Positions 20,514 through 30,794 are shown, numbered from the stretch's first letter. The stretch is 64,000 bases of DNA from Candidatus Methanomethylicaceae archaeon (GCA_025057955.1 JANXER010000003.1:2181-66180), one strand, 5' to 3'. Numbers and translations are program-made. The notes: generated from the sequence alone by a model not told the origin.

Positions 20514-20915
20514 TTATACTCTTCTTCCCTTCCTTCCACCAGGCCTTCTTGTGGTATCGTGTGGAATGGGGGTTACATCCTCAATTCTTCCAATGATTAA
20601 ACCTGCTCTGGCAAGAGCTCTGATAGCTGCTTGAGCACCAGGTCCAGGTATCTTGCTTTTATGACCACCTGGCGCTCTAACTTTTATATGTATAGCATTT
20701 ACACCCTTCTCAAGGGCTGCTTGAGCTGCCCTTGTTGCAGCCATCATAGCAGCATATGGAGATGGTTTATCTCTATCTGCTTTAACTATTCTACCTCCAG
20801 ACTGAATAGCTATAGTCTCTGTCCCAGTGATATCAGTGATGTGAACTATGGTATTATTGAACGAACTATAAATATGTGCAATTCCCCATTTCAAATCCTT
20901 ATCCATCTTAGACAT
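20514..20915 (-). CDS. rps11: 30S ribosomal protein S11 (uS11)
   Basis: ...HIKVRAPGG..., S11 signature. Confidence 0.95.
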   Translation of the reverse strand: MSKMDKDLKWGIAHIYSSFNNTIVHITDITGTETIAIQSGGRIVKADRDKPSPYAAMMAATRAAQAALEKGVNAIHIKVRAPGGHKSKIPGPGAQAAIRALARAGLIIGRIEDVTPIPHDTTRRPGGRKGRRV

Positions 20916-21405
20916 TTCTTATTTCACCTGCAATTGGTAATTTACAGGTTACTAGAGATTCTTCCTCGCGGCTTACCATATATCCAGGTATTGTCACTCT
21001 CCTATCATTAATGTATATATGACCATGAGTTATAAGCTGTCTAGCTTGATAGGGAGTTTTTGCTAATTTCAATTTAACAACAATAGATTGTAAACGCCTC
21101 TCAAGTATGTCCTCAACTGTAAGCCCCAACACATCATCTAGTATTGCATTTTCCGATAATAAGCCCATTTTATAAAGCTTATTTATTAAAATTCTCTCCT
21201 CTTTTTCCTTTTGCTCCTTTTCAAGACCTAGAATGGAAATAGCTCGTCTTCTTATTACTTTTAGTATAGAATTGGCAATCCATAATTCTTTTTTATTTCT
21301 AAGCCCATATTTTCCCATTAATATTAATTCCTTTTGTAAAACATCTCTTCTCCATGGATGATGAGGGCCTTCCCAACGTTTTCTGCATTTTTTAGGATCT
21401 CCCAT
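20908..21405 (-). CDS. rps4: 30S ribosomal protein S4 (uS4)
   Basis: S4 RNA-binding domain (...[17 protein letters not shown]...). Confidence 0.95.
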   Translation of the reverse strand: MGDPKKCRKRWEGPHHPWRRDVLQKELILMGKYGLRNKKELWIANSILKVIRRRAISILGLEKEQKEKEERILINKLYKMGLLSENAILDDVLGLTVEDILERRLQSIVVKLKLAKTPYQARQLITHGHIYINDRRVTIPGYMVSREEESLVTCKLPIAGEIRNV

Positions 21406-21414
21406 ATTTTCTCA

Positions 21415-21882
21415 CTACTCCTTCTTCTGTTGCTGTTGTGCGGATTTCCTTATTACACCTACAGTCATTCCAAATCTTCCTGTGGTTCGAGTGCATTGAC
21501 CACGCACTTTCAAACCAAGAGCATGGCGAATGCCCTTCCAGCATTTTATCTTCTTCATTAAGTCTATATCCATCTTCATTGAAAGAACAAGATCAGAGCC
21601 TAGTAGATGAATATTTTTACCAGTTGCAGGATCCTTTCTTCTATTGAGTAAATAGGGGGGTAAATGTGAACTTAAATTTAATATTGTCTCCTCTATTCTC
21701 TTTACATCACCTTCTTGTAAATACCCCACCCAATTATCTGGATTTATATTACAAATACGTAATACTGCAAAAGCAGTATTTACTCCAATGCCCCTTATCT
21801 TTGATAGAGCATAACCTACTTTTTCATCTCCTTTCAAATCGGTATCCAATATCCTAACTATGTGTCTATATGAGGTACTCAA
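21415..21882 (-). CDS. rps13: 30S ribosomal protein S13 (uS13)
   Basis: ...KIRGIGVNTAFAVL... S13 signature. Confidence 0.95.
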   Translation of the reverse strand: MSTSYRHIVRILDTDLKGDEKVGYALSKIRGIGVNTAFAVLRICNINPDNWVGYLQEGDVKRIEETILNLSSHLPPYLLNRRKDPATGKNIHLLGSDLVLSMKMDIDLMKKIKCWKGIRHALGLKVRGQCTRTTGRFGMTVGVIRKSAQQQQKKE

Positions 21883-21949
21883 TTTTTATCGCCCTAGAGC
21901 AAAGAATAACATAGATAAAGAATATTTAAGAATTTCTCATTTCGATAAT

Positions 21950-22049
21950 TGGCGCCGAGGGGGGGATTTGAACCCCCGAGCCCATAATGGGCACAGGCTC
22001 TCCAGGCTTAAGCAATCTTCTGCTCCCTACCAGACTAGGAGACCTCGGC
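21950..22049 (-). tRNA. tRNA-Ser (anticodon GGA), type II, with an encoded CCA end and a predicted 12-nt non-canonical intron (22008..22019) at position 29/30
   Basis: Acceptor GCCGAGG/CCUCGGC, G73, T-loop GGGGGUUCAAAUCCCCC, long variable arm GCCCA-UUA-UGGGC. Removing AAGAUUGCUUAA gives a perfect anticodon stem CAGGC/GCCUG with loop CUGGAGA. Confidence 0.7.
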
Positions 22050-22084
22050 TCAATTCAATATTTTAATAAAATAATCCTTTAAAC

Positions 22085-22693
22085 TCACCGCTTTATTGAT
22101 TGAAAAACGCGATAGCCAGATTTTTTGATTATAATATTAACATTTCCAAAGGTTTCAGCCATTTTTCTGGATATAGTATTATGACCCTTTTTCAATACTA
22201 AAATAATACTTCCATTTTCTTTCAAGTATTCTTTAGCTCCTTCTATTAAGGAGAATACAACCTTATAGCCAGCAGCTAATGGAGGATTTGAAACTATAAA
22301 ATCGAACTTCCTTCCCTTGAGTTGAGAATATAAATCGCTTCTTATGATGGTAACATTAGAAAGTCCATTAATCTCCACATTTTTCCTCGCTAATCTTATA
22401 GCAATTGGATTAACATCAACCATAGTTATATTTGCTTTTGGACGCATTTTTGCTATGATGATTCCAATTACTCCATAACCACAGCCTAAATCAAGCACAT
22501 CAAATTCCTCTGGCATTTCCATACACTCAAATAACGCTTTTAATAATATTTTCGTACCAGGATCGATATGAGTCTTAGAAAAAACTCCATCACTACTTAC
22601 AAATCTTACAGTATTTCCTGCGAAGTCAAATTTTATCTCATAGCTTCTTCTCTTATCACCAACCTCCCCTGTGAAGTAGTGTGGATTATACAC
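22085..22693 (-). CDS. Class I SAM-dependent methyltransferase (RsmC/MJ0882-like, SNPP motif)
   Basis: LDLGCGYG SAM motif I and SNPP motif IV, typical of N-methyltransferases acting on rRNA or protein. Confidence 0.7.
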   Translation of the reverse strand: MYNPHYFTGEVGDKRRSYEIKFDFAGNTVRFVSSDGVFSKTHIDPGTKILLKALFECMEMPEEFDVLDLGCGYGVIGIIIAKMRPKANITMVDVNPIAIRLARKNVEINGLSNVTIIRSDLYSQLKGRKFDFIVSNPPLAAGYKVVFSLIEGAKEYLKENGSIILVLKKGHNTISRKMAETFGNVNIIIKKSGYRVFQSIKR

Positions 22694-22727
22694 ATGAAAA
22701 ATTTGATTGTAATCTCTTATATACCTA

Positions 22728-23690
22728 TCAATTCCAACTCTTAGGATAAGTTCCAGGCTCCATTACTATTCTTTCCATATCTACAACAATTCCATGATCA
22801 GACTCTAGTATCTCCCTACTTGATTTTAACGCCTTTCCTATGCCTATCAACTCTCCCTTCAAAGTCATAATACAAACAAAATCTCCAGCTTTTATATTCT
22901 TACTAATGCGTAGAACACCAGGAGAGGCAAGATTAGCACCATGACAAAGAGCATCTACAGCAGAATCTCTAACATATATCTTTGGAATGTCTAATAATGT
23001 TTCTTCTATTGGCAAAATTATTCTCCTCAAAAGGGATTCATCATTCCTTTCCTTCCATAAAGTTATAGCATCTAAAAGAGAATGAAGAGTTATAGAATTC
23101 TTTTCAGTGAACGGTCCAGCTCTAATCCTCCTAAGTTCTTTCATATGTGCACCACAGCCCAATACTTCTCCAATATCATGACAAAGCTTTCTTATATAAG
23201 TTCCAGCTTCACAATCCACCTTCATAAGCACATATTTTCCAATTCTCTCAAGTATTTTTATGGAATTTATAGTTCTAATTCTTAATGCTCTTTTAACAGA
23301 TGATCTTATTGGAGGAAGCTGATATATAGGGCCAATAAATTCTTCAATAACCCTTTTAAGATTATAATCGCTCACATCTCCATGTAATTCCATTATAGTT
23401 ACATATTCCTTCCCAGACTTCATTATAAAGGAAACAAGCCTTGTTGCTCTTCCAAGCGTTATTGGTAAAACTCCTGTAACCTTTGGATCAAGTGTACCTC
23501 CATGTCCTGCTCTATCTAAAGAAAGAAGTCGCTTCACCCATGCTACTACTTCATGACTAGTTGGTCCAGGAGGTTTATCTAAGTTTATAACACCAGTTTG
23601 TATATATTCTTTTATTGGTCTTAATCTAGGGTACCATCCAAAATTCAAATCCGTGGATTCTTCATCCTTTATAAGTTCTTCATTCTTCAA
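22728..23690 (-). CDS. cbf5: H/ACA RNP pseudouridine synthase Cbf5 (TruB family plus PUA), uninterrupted
   Basis: ...KPPGPTSHEVV...GHGGTLDP... catalytic Asp motif and C-terminal PUA domain; 320 aa in a single ORF. Confidence 0.95.
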   Translation of the reverse strand: MKNEELIKDEESTDLNFGWYPRLRPIKEYIQTGVINLDKPPGPTSHEVVAWVKRLLSLDRAGHGGTLDPKVTGVLPITLGRATRLVSFIMKSGKEYVTIMELHGDVSDYNLKRVIEEFIGPIYQLPPIRSSVKRALRIRTINSIKILERIGKYVLMKVDCEAGTYIRKLCHDIGEVLGCGAHMKELRRIRAGPFTEKNSITLHSLLDAITLWKERNDESLLRRIILPIEETLLDIPKIYVRDSAVDALCHGANLASPGVLRISKNIKAGDFVCIMTLKGELIGIGKALKSSREILESDHGIVVDMERIVMEPGTYPKSWN

Positions 23691-23693
23691 AAA

Positions 23694-24251
23694 TTAACAC
23701 CGCAGCTTTAGATATAAGTCTATTATTTGTTTTAATAATAAAATTATCTCTTCCTTATTCCATTTGGCTGTATTTATCACAAAATCATAAACAGATAAAT
23801 CATCTATATCAATGTTATAAAGAGACTTATAACGAATTTTTTCACTTAATTCTCTCATTTTAGTACGCTTTTCAGCCTCATTAAGGCTTATTCCCTCTCT
23901 TGAGGCAATGCGTTTAATTCTCTCTTCAAAAGGAGCATTCAAATAAAAACTCAATTTATTTGGATAGGATCTAGAGAAAAATAAAACAAGTCTACCTTCG
24001 ATTATACAACCACCTTTTTTTGCTAATTCCATAGTTCTTCTATCTAATTCTCCATCAATTGAAGGATCCTTCTCTGCAATTTTTGAAAGCTCCTCTATTG
24101 TAAGATTTCTTTCCATTGCTATTTTTCTGAATAGTTGACCTATAGAATAGTGAGGAATACCATATATTTCAGCGAGCTTAGATGCACAATAGGATTTACC
24201 AGCTCCAGCTGGACCACTTATGATTATCAATAATGATTTAACTCCATTCAA
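23694..24251 (-). CDS. cmk: Cytidylate kinase (archaeal type)
   Basis: P-loop GPAGAGKS and the archaeal CMP kinase fold. Confidence 0.85.
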   Translation of the reverse strand: MNGVKSLLIIISGPAGAGKSYCASKLAEIYGIPHYSIGQLFRKIAMERNLTIEELSKIAEKDPSIDGELDRRTMELAKKGGCIIEGRLVLFFSRSYPNKLSFYLNAPFEERIKRIASREGISLNEAEKRTKMRELSEKIRYKSLYNIDIDDLSVYDFVINTAKWNKEEIILLLKQIIDLYLKLRC

Positions 24252-24261
24252 TTAAAACACC

Positions 24262-24819
24262 TTAATCCTGAGCTGATGGTAAATCGAATATCCTTTGAAT
24301 TAATGCTGAAAAACTTATTGATGTAAGTATATACCAAGTTATGAATGTAAATTCCCTTCCAATAAAAGGTATAGTAAGGGGAGAGATTGCAACAATCATG
24401 TGATTATAATCAAATACTCCAATGAATAAATAGTAAATTAACATAAATGGTATTAAGGTGAATATTAAAGGCTTAAATTGTTCACGCATCATTTCAGATT
24501 GAAGTCTCTTTATAATAGCTTCTTTCTTCTTAAGTTTTTCAATTTGCTTCATATCCCTTGCTTTTACAGCACTCATGTAAGCGCTCTGCCATTCTCTTAC
24601 CTGACCCATTATTCTTCTTACTTTTTTAACATCTGTAAATAATCGAGTGACAATCGATGAGAAAAGGGCCATGGCTATTGCGATAATAAGAATTGTTATA
24701 GAGGAAATAGGAAATTCTCTAGCTGGTCCTAAAATTGTGGATAAAAATGAAACTATAGAGAAGTAGAAATTCTCCAAAATTTCAAAGACCATAATTTCAC
24801 CCTTTGAATAATAGGGCAA
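24262..24819 (-). CDS. DUF106 membrane protein (archaeal Oxa1/YidC/EMC3-like insertase homologue)
   Basis: Three predicted TM helices with a coiled-coil loop, in the conserved position between adk and cmk next to secY. Confidence 0.7.
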   Translation of the reverse strand: MPYYSKGEIMVFEILENFYFSIVSFLSTILGPAREFPISSITILIIAIAMALFSSIVTRLFTDVKKVRRIMGQVREWQSAYMSAVKARDMKQIEKLKKKEAIIKRLQSEMMREQFKPLIFTLIPFMLIYYLFIGVFDYNHMIVAISPLTIPFIGREFTFITWYILTSISFSALIQRIFDLPSAQD

Positions 24820-25396
24820 TTATCCTTCCCAATTCATCATAAGCACCCTCTTTATTTTCCAATATTAAAACCGTACAGCCTGTTAAAATAGCTAAGGAGG
24901 CTGCTCCTGCTCTTCCTATTAGTTGATGTTCATAGATTTTTTCCGGGCTATCATCCTCTCTAATCCTTACATTTGCATCTTTTCTTCTTCGCTTAGAAAT
25001 CTCCTCAGGATTTGCCTCTATTAAAACAATTGAATTTGGCATTAGGATTTCAGCAATCCATGCAGGAATGCCAGCCATATAACCACTATTCGTCCTTATG
25101 AACATATGAGTATCAAGAATAACATTTTTATCTTTAGCGATTTCGCTTATTTTATTAGCAGCATTTAATTGTAAATCAATTTGATCCTTTATAGAAAGTT
25201 TTCGAATTTCATCTCTATTACTAACCAAACCTCTCGAAAGAGCTTCCTCAAACATTAAATCACCATAATTTATATACTTAACTTCAATTCCAAATTCCTT
25301 ACAGTAATTCATGGCTGAGTTTAATACTGTAGTTTTCCCAACGCCAGGTATTCCTGTTACTATAACAAGTTTACCCCTTCTTTCCATCCTTTTCAT
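24797..25396 (-). CDS. adk: Adenylate kinase (archaeal AdkA type)
   Basis: P-loop GIPGVGKTT and the archaeal AK family sequence. Confidence 0.9.
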   Translation of the reverse strand: MKRMERRGKLVIVTGIPGVGKTTVLNSAMNYCKEFGIEVKYINYGDLMFEEALSRGLVSNRDEIRKLSIKDQIDLQLNAANKISEIAKDKNVILDTHMFIRTNSGYMAGIPAWIAEILMPNSIVLIEANPEEISKRRRKDANVRIREDDSPEKIYEHQLIGRAGAASLAILTGCTVLILENKEGAYDELGRIIALLFKG

Positions 25397-25402
25397 CTTA
25401 AA

Positions 25403-26827
25403 TCACTCCCTACCTAAGAGTCTACCAATTCCAGGATATAATTCTTCTAAGTGCTCTCTAGCAAGGAATTGATAATATTGATAGATTATGCCAACAGAGA
25501 GAAGAATTCCAATTCCAGTTCCAATCGCACCAAGCATATCAGCTATACCTGCCAATAAGCCAATAGTTACACCGCTTATAATTGTTAGTGGTGGAATATA
25601 GCGACTTAATAGTTGTTCAATAACTATAGGAGATCTTCTGAAGCCAGGTATCTGTAATCCAGCTCTTACCAATTGATCTGCTTGTGCCTTAGCACCCATT
25701 CCTGCAACCTCAACCCATATTCTAGCAAATAATACGGAAAAAGTCACTAGTATTATTATATAAATGATAGCATGTAATGGATCCTCTATTACATGTAACA
25801 TGCTTCTTGGAGAGGTGATATAATATAAAAAGCATCCAGGAAGCACATTTTCACCAGTAGCGGTTGCATTTATCATAACAAACCAATTCAACCAAGGATT
25901 ATTATTTAAGAAGTTGAAGTTTTGCCATAGCAATCTTCCAAACATATAGAAGTTGGCAAATAGAACAGATGTTAATATTATGGGGACATTGGATACATAT
26001 AACAATTTAAGTGGAATTTTGGCACGAAGTCCTCCATATTTTGGATGAGCGACTGGAATTTCTATTCGCATTCCTTCTAAATAGACTACAAGCAAAAATA
26101 TTCCTAACATGGCTAGAAAGCCAGTCATATCAGGATATGGATACCTTATAAATGCATTAACTATGTTATCTCCGCTAATTAGAGTCTGGAAGAAGGCTAA
26201 AATTGCTCCAAGCGATTTTCCATCTGGAAGAGGGCCTATTGGAGAAAATGAAAGCCAAATAATCTGTTGAGAGACTCCTGCAAGTATAAATAAGCTAACA
26301 CCACTTCCAATCCCCCAACCCTTTTGTATTAACTCATCCATCAATATTACAAGAATGCCGACCATAGTCAATTGAGCAATTATTATTATTGAGAGCATTA
26401 AATCAGGTCTACCATAACTTCCACCAATTAAGAATGCAGTAGCCTCAAATATGGTCATGATTATAGCAAGAAACTTTTGAGCACCAGTAAATAGTGCACG
26501 ATCTCTTGGATCGCTTAAATTTACATTTATAAGCTTTGAACCAGCAAGTATCTGCATTATTAGACCTGCTGTAACTATAGGACCTATACCCAAATCCATC
26601 AATGATCCTTTTTTTGAGGCAAAAATTATTCTATAAATTAAAAATTGCTCATATTCCTCAGTAAAAACAGGCACTCCATAGAGGGGTATTTCACACATTA
26701 TCAAGTAGAGTGATAGAATTAATCCAGTCCATAATAACCTTTGTCTTAATTCAAGCTTACGTTGAGGCTTGGGAATTTCGGGGAGGATTCGCATTATTGG
26801 TTCAATCAAATCTAAAAAACGAGCCAT
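25403..26827 (-). CDS. secY: Preprotein translocase subunit SecY
   Basis: 10-TM SecY/Sec61-alpha sequence at the end of the r-protein operon. Confidence 0.95.
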   Translation of the reverse strand: MARFLDLIEPIMRILPEIPKPQRKLELRQRLLWTGLILSLYLIMCEIPLYGVPVFTEEYEQFLIYRIIFASKKGSLMDLGIGPIVTAGLIMQILAGSKLINVNLSDPRDRALFTGAQKFLAIIMTIFEATAFLIGGSYGRPDLMLSIIIIAQLTMVGILVILMDELIQKGWGIGSGVSLFILAGVSQQIIWLSFSPIGPLPDGKSLGAILAFFQTLISGDNIVNAFIRYPYPDMTGFLAMLGIFLLVVYLEGMRIEIPVAHPKYGGLRAKIPLKLLYVSNVPIILTSVLFANFYMFGRLLWQNFNFLNNNPWLNWFVMINATATGENVLPGCFLYYITSPRSMLHVIEDPLHAIIYIIILVTFSVLFARIWVEVAGMGAKAQADQLVRAGLQIPGFRRSPIVIEQLLSRYIPPLTIISGVTIGLLAGIADMLGAIGTGIGILLSVGIIYQYYQFLAREHLEELYPGIGRLLGRE

Positions 26828-26840
26828 AGCTCCTATTACC

Positions 26841-27278
26841 TCAGCTTATTAGAATTACCTCCCCACCAGCTTTAGTAATTTTCTTCTTTGCAATTTCAGA
26901 TGCTTGTTTTACTTTTACTACAATAGGTAAGTCTATTTTTCCACTCCCAAGAAGCTTATCATATCCCATTTCATTCAAATTAACAATAATTCTGCCCCTC
27001 TCATCTTTCTCAAAAATTTTATTTTCAATTATTGATGTTATTGCTCCTACGTTTATACAATTCTTTTGCTCAACTACAGCCTTAGGTCTAATAAATCCAA
27101 ATTTTCCAAAGTAATCCTCTCCATATTTAACAGTCCAAGACCATTTATGCTTATGTAGACCTGCATTACCAAATCCTCCACGCATTCCTGATTTTCTATG
27201 TTGTCCTACAGTGCCCCAGCCGTAGGTTCTTGATCCACGCTGTCTTCTAACTTTTTTATCTCTTCGAACCACCATCAT
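26841..27278 (-). CDS. rpl15: 50S ribosomal protein L15 (uL15)
   Basis: Gly/Arg-rich N-terminus of the L15 family. Confidence 0.9.
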   Translation of the reverse strand: MMVVRRDKKVRRQRGSRTYGWGTVGQHRKSGMRGGFGNAGLHKHKWSWTVKYGEDYFGKFGFIRPKAVVEQKNCINVGAITSIIENKIFEKDERGRIIVNLNEMGYDKLLGSGKIDLPIVVKVKQASEIAKKKITKAGGEVILIS

Positions 27279-27330
27279 TAATACCTCTTTGAAATTGATG
27301 ATTAAAAAAAATGAATTCTTTTATATATTT

Positions 27331-27789
27331 TTATATCATCTTGAGTAGAAGTTCATTTATGGCTTCTCCTCTATATCCTAATTCACCCCTCTCCCCAAAG
27401 TGCCTAGTTATTTTGCCTTTAAATCCACCGCTAGGAGGGGTGAGTCTGAAAATTTTCTTAATCATTTTAGGCAATTTACCTTCTTCAAGTATTTTATCTG
27501 CTAATTCCTCAAAGCTTGATACTCCAAGTTTATTTAAATCTTCTTCTGTAATTCTCTTATCACCAATAAGTCTGCCCCTTTTCTTGAGAAGGAGAATCAA
27601 AGTATCTCTATTTATCTCGCCCCATGTTATATAATCCGAGGCTTTTTTTAACATACCAACCATAGAAGGATTATCTGGTACTAAGCAAGCATTATGCTTT
27701 CTATTCAAGTTTAATCTCTTTAAGGTTTCAGCAATATCTGGATGAAGACCAATTCTTCCTCTTATCCTTATGGCAACATACAATTTCAT
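27331..27789 (-). CDS. rpl30: 50S ribosomal protein L30 (uL30); start taken at MKLYVAIRIRG
   Basis: L30/L7 ferredoxin-like domain. Confidence 0.85.
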   Translation of the reverse strand: MKLYVAIRIRGRIGLHPDIAETLKRLNLNRKHNACLVPDNPSMVGMLKKASDYITWGEINRDTLILLLKKRGRLIGDKRITEEDLNKLGVSSFEELADKILEEGKLPKMIKKIFRLTPPSGGFKGKITRHFGERGELGYRGEAINELLLKMI

Positions 27790-27799
27790 TATGAAACAC

Positions 27800-28405
27800 C
27801 TACTTCTTGAAGAGATAGGTCTTTCTAAGAGCTTCATAAACAGCTCCTGCAAAATTCATTGTAGTTCTAGTTTCTCCTCTGGAAACAACCCAAGCATCTT
27901 TAATACCTGCAAAATTAAGTATTGTTTTGGCGATTTCCCCTGCTATTAATCCAACGCCTTTGGGAGCAGGCAATATTGTTATTTCTACACTTCCCTTCTT
28001 ACCAGTTACAGCAAATGGAACACTATGTGGATTACCACATGGACATCTCCAATGTCCGCAGCCCCGTTTTACAGGAATTATATTTAGCTTAGCATCAGCA
28101 ATAGCTTTATCTATAGCAAATCTCATTTGCTTTGATTTTCCTGTGCCTAAACCAACATAACCATCGAAATTCCCAATGATCACGCCTATTTTGAATTTTG
28201 TAATCTCACCTGCATCTGTTTGCTTTTGAACCATTTTGACATCTAATATTTCATGCTTTATTCCAGGGAGTAAAACATCAATTATTTCTGGTTCTTTTAT
28301 GGGAATATTCTTCTCGAAAACTTCATTTAAGTTAGTTATTTTACCCTCTAATACAAGCTTACCAAGAGTTGTTCTAGGAACCCATTGAGTTTGTTGATAT
28401 GCCAT
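27800..28405 (-). CDS. rps5: 30S ribosomal protein S5 (uS5)
   Basis: S5 dsRBD plus C-terminal domain (...GIKDAWV...). Confidence 0.95.
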   Translation of the reverse strand: MAYQQTQWVPRTTLGKLVLEGKITNLNEVFEKNIPIKEPEIIDVLLPGIKHEILDVKMVQKQTDAGEITKFKIGVIIGNFDGYVGLGTGKSKQMRFAIDKAIADAKLNIIPVKRGCGHWRCPCGNPHSVPFAVTGKKGSVEITILPAPKGVGLIAGEIAKTILNFAGIKDAWVVSRGETRTTMNFAGAVYEALRKTYLFKK

Positions 28406-28411
28406 AGAATT

Positions 28412-28999
28412 TCACCCCTTCAATATTTCTTTTTTGATATTCTCAAAATGCTCAACTATATCTTCTGGAGCTAGTCCCATTCTCAAATAATTGGAGAAGT
28501 GCATTTGATATTTACTTGGATTCTCCTTTTTTAGAAGTTCAGCATAATCAGCAATATGCTTGCCTCTTATGCGATCTTCATCTGGTAGAATCTCCTCGCT
28601 ATGTGGTATTTCCATACCAGCATCCAATGCTCCTTTCAAAGCTGCAAATAGACGATTTCCCTCGGTTATGGAATACATTCCTAAATCCAATATGGCATAG
28701 TTGTAGCCTTTTTCTAAAGCCCTTTTCCCAAGCAAAAGTCCAGCTAAATATGCAGCACAAAGATTTCCAGTTCCACCCTTCCATCCATATTTAAAGAGTT
28801 CCTTCGTATTAGCATGTGCTAATACTCTATCTCCATCTACTTTTGCTTCTATTAATTGAAGATATAGATGCTTTAAAGATTTTCTAATCACCAATCTAAT
28901 CTTCTTGCTACTTACCAACTTCTTCCTAAGCCTATAGTCTGTTTTTTTCTCCCTTCTTCTTCTATATGGAACTCTATAGGTACATGATCTTGCCATCAT
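28412..28999 (-). CDS. rpl18: 50S ribosomal protein L18 (uL18/L5e)
   Basis: L18/L5e family sequence. Confidence 0.9.
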   Translation of the reverse strand: MMARSCTYRVPYRRRREKKTDYRLRKKLVSSKKIRLVIRKSLKHLYLQLIEAKVDGDRVLAHANTKELFKYGWKGGTGNLCAAYLAGLLLGKRALEKGYNYAILDLGMYSITEGNRLFAALKGALDAGMEIPHSEEILPDEDRIRGKHIADYAELLKKENPSKYQMHFSNYLRMGLAPEDIVEHFENIKKEILKG

Positions 29000-29434
29000 T
29001 TACCTCCTCGCAAGTCCATGTTCTTCTATATATGCTTTTAGTTGTCGTCTATCATGAAATGTTCCACTTTTTACTTTCATATAGAGCATTCGATATACCT
29101 TTGGAGTAATAATTTTTCTCTTTTTCAATAGGCGAAGGAAGCGCCTCATTGCTCTAACTCTATAAATCCAATCTTCTGACTCAACTGGACCTTTTCTACT
29201 TCCAGGACCTTTTCTAAGACCTTTTCTTCTTTGCTTTTTTATAAGACGCCATCTACCTCTACTTACTCCCATTTCAGGTTTAGCTTTTATAACACCTTCT
29301 TCAATAAACTTCCTTATTTCCTCTCTAGTAATTGCAGTACTAACTTCACTTATTTTTTCAGGATTTATCCAAACTCTTTTTTCCCCTACACCAAGAACTT
29401 CAGCAGCAAGCCTTCTTTGTACTTTTAAATTCAT
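29000..29434 (-). CDS. rpl19e: 50S ribosomal protein L19e
   Basis: MNLKVQRRLAAEVLGVG... L19e signature. Confidence 0.9.
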   Translation of the reverse strand: MNLKVQRRLAAEVLGVGEKRVWINPEKISEVSTAITREEIRKFIEEGVIKAKPEMGVSRGRWRLIKKQRRKGLRKGPGSRKGPVESEDWIYRVRAMRRFLRLLKKRKIITPKVYRMLYMKVKSGTFHDRRQLKAYIEEHGLARR

Positions 29435-29865
29435 TCAGATCCCTCCGATTTTTTTTCTAATAGAACATCAGCACTCGTATTAACTACCTTAAAATTCATT
29501 GCCTTAGCCTTTTTGATTATCTCTAGACGCTTTTTTCTTCCAACACTTGATGCTATTCTTACAACATAAAGTGAGGGATTTAATCCATCCAACTCCTTTG
29601 GATTATGAACTAGAATTTCCCTCTTTCCACATGGATGAAACCCTCTAACAATTCTCGGTCCTCTATATCCTGGCTCCACAATTGCAGCTCGACCTGCTTT
29701 CTTCAAACGCATTTTTGATCTTGGACCCTTTGGTGATCTCCATTTCTCACCAAGCCTAGGAAATCTATTAGCCTCCTGCCTAGTGAAGTCAGGCCTCCTT
29801 CGTGAAATCTTTTCTCTAAGCTCAAGAGCCTTTTGAACATCAGAAGTGGAGCTCATGAAATTCAC
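29431..29865 (-). CDS. rpl32e: 50S ribosomal protein L32e
   Basis: L32e family sequence. Confidence 0.9.
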   Translation of the reverse strand: MNFMSSTSDVQKALELREKISRRRPDFTRQEANRFPRLGEKWRSPKGPRSKMRLKKAGRAAIVEPGYRGPRIVRGFHPCGKREILVHNPKELDGLNPSLYVVRIASSVGRKKRLEIIKKAKAMNFKVVNTSADVLLEKKSEGSE

Positions 29866-30398
29866 CTCTTCTCAACAAGGTATATGCCATCCTGAAAAAC
29901 TCTTGGATCCATCTTTTTTATATGGGTTGCTAAATGTATATTTGCAGCAGTTTGACCAACAGCTTCTTTATCTAGACCTTCTATAATTATTTCATCTCCA
30001 CGTACTGTTACCTTAACATCACCAACAATTTTTGCAATTCTTTTGTCTCTCTCCCCCATAAAATTCTCTATATGAATTTCTCTTCCAACAATCTTAACAT
30101 TTATTGGAAAATGAGCATAGACAATTTTCATACGATATATGTGCCCCTCTTTAACACCCTTTATCATATTTTCAATGTGGGCAGCTATTGTACCTATCAA
30201 TGCTTTGGGCCTTCTACCTCTTCCCAAAGCCTTCAATAATATTTTATTATTGAGATATTCAATGCTTATATTAGCATGAGAGAAATCCTTTGTAAGACTG
30301 CCCCTTGGTCCAAATAAAGTTATAATTCTTCCATTTATTGTTACTTTCACATCATCAGGAACTGATATGGCGTTAGAGATTTCAGTCATTTGTATCAC
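29862..30398 (-). CDS. rpl6: 50S ribosomal protein L6 (uL6)
   Basis: Two L6 alpha/beta domains. Confidence 0.9.
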   Translation of the reverse strand: MIQMTEISNAISVPDDVKVTINGRIITLFGPRGSLTKDFSHANISIEYLNNKILLKALGRGRRPKALIGTIAAHIENMIKGVKEGHIYRMKIVYAHFPINVKIVGREIHIENFMGERDKRIAKIVGDVKVTVRGDEIIIEGLDKEAVGQTAANIHLATHIKKMDPRVFQDGIYLVEKR

Positions 30399-30794
30399 CT
30401 AGTAAACATAAGCTAACAACTGCCCGCCTATCCTATTAGCTAAAGCTTCTTTATGAGTCATTAAACCCTTTGATGTTGTCATTATCAATATGCCAAGATT
30501 TTTCCCTGGAAGGAACTGTCTAACCCACTCATCTATTTCTCTATAGGATATACTAAATCTTGGCTTTATAACTCCACATCTATTTATTCTCCCAAGGAGC
30601 TGAATTCTAAACTTACCAAATCTTCCATCATCAATAAATTCAAATTCGCCAATGTAACCATTTTTTTGAAGTAATCTTAGAACATTCGCTACTAATTTAG
30701 GAGCGGGGGAGACTATACACTCTTTCTTTCCTCTTTCCTCGTTATTCATTATTGTTGCCAATGCAGAAGATAAAGGGTCACTCATTTCAATCAC
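30399..30794 (-). CDS. rps8: 30S ribosomal protein S8 (uS8); ATG at 30785 is the probable start
   Basis: S8 family sequence (...[13 protein letters not shown]...). Confidence 0.9.
   Translation of the reverse strand: MIEMSDPLSSALATIMNNEERGKKECIVSPAPKLVANVLRLLQKNGYIGEFEFIDDGRFGKFRIQLLGRINRCGVIKPRFSISYREIDEWVRQFLPGKNLGILIMTTSKGLMTHKEALANRIGGQLLAYVY

Noticed and set aside
21950-22049. The first type-II tRNA could be tRNA-Leu(UAA), with loop CUUAAGC, or tRNA-Ser(GCU).
   Set aside because: The flanking sequences of those loops do not form an anticodon stem. G73 and the variable-arm architecture match Ser. Only removal of a 12-nt intron gives a perfect stem, with anticodon GGA.
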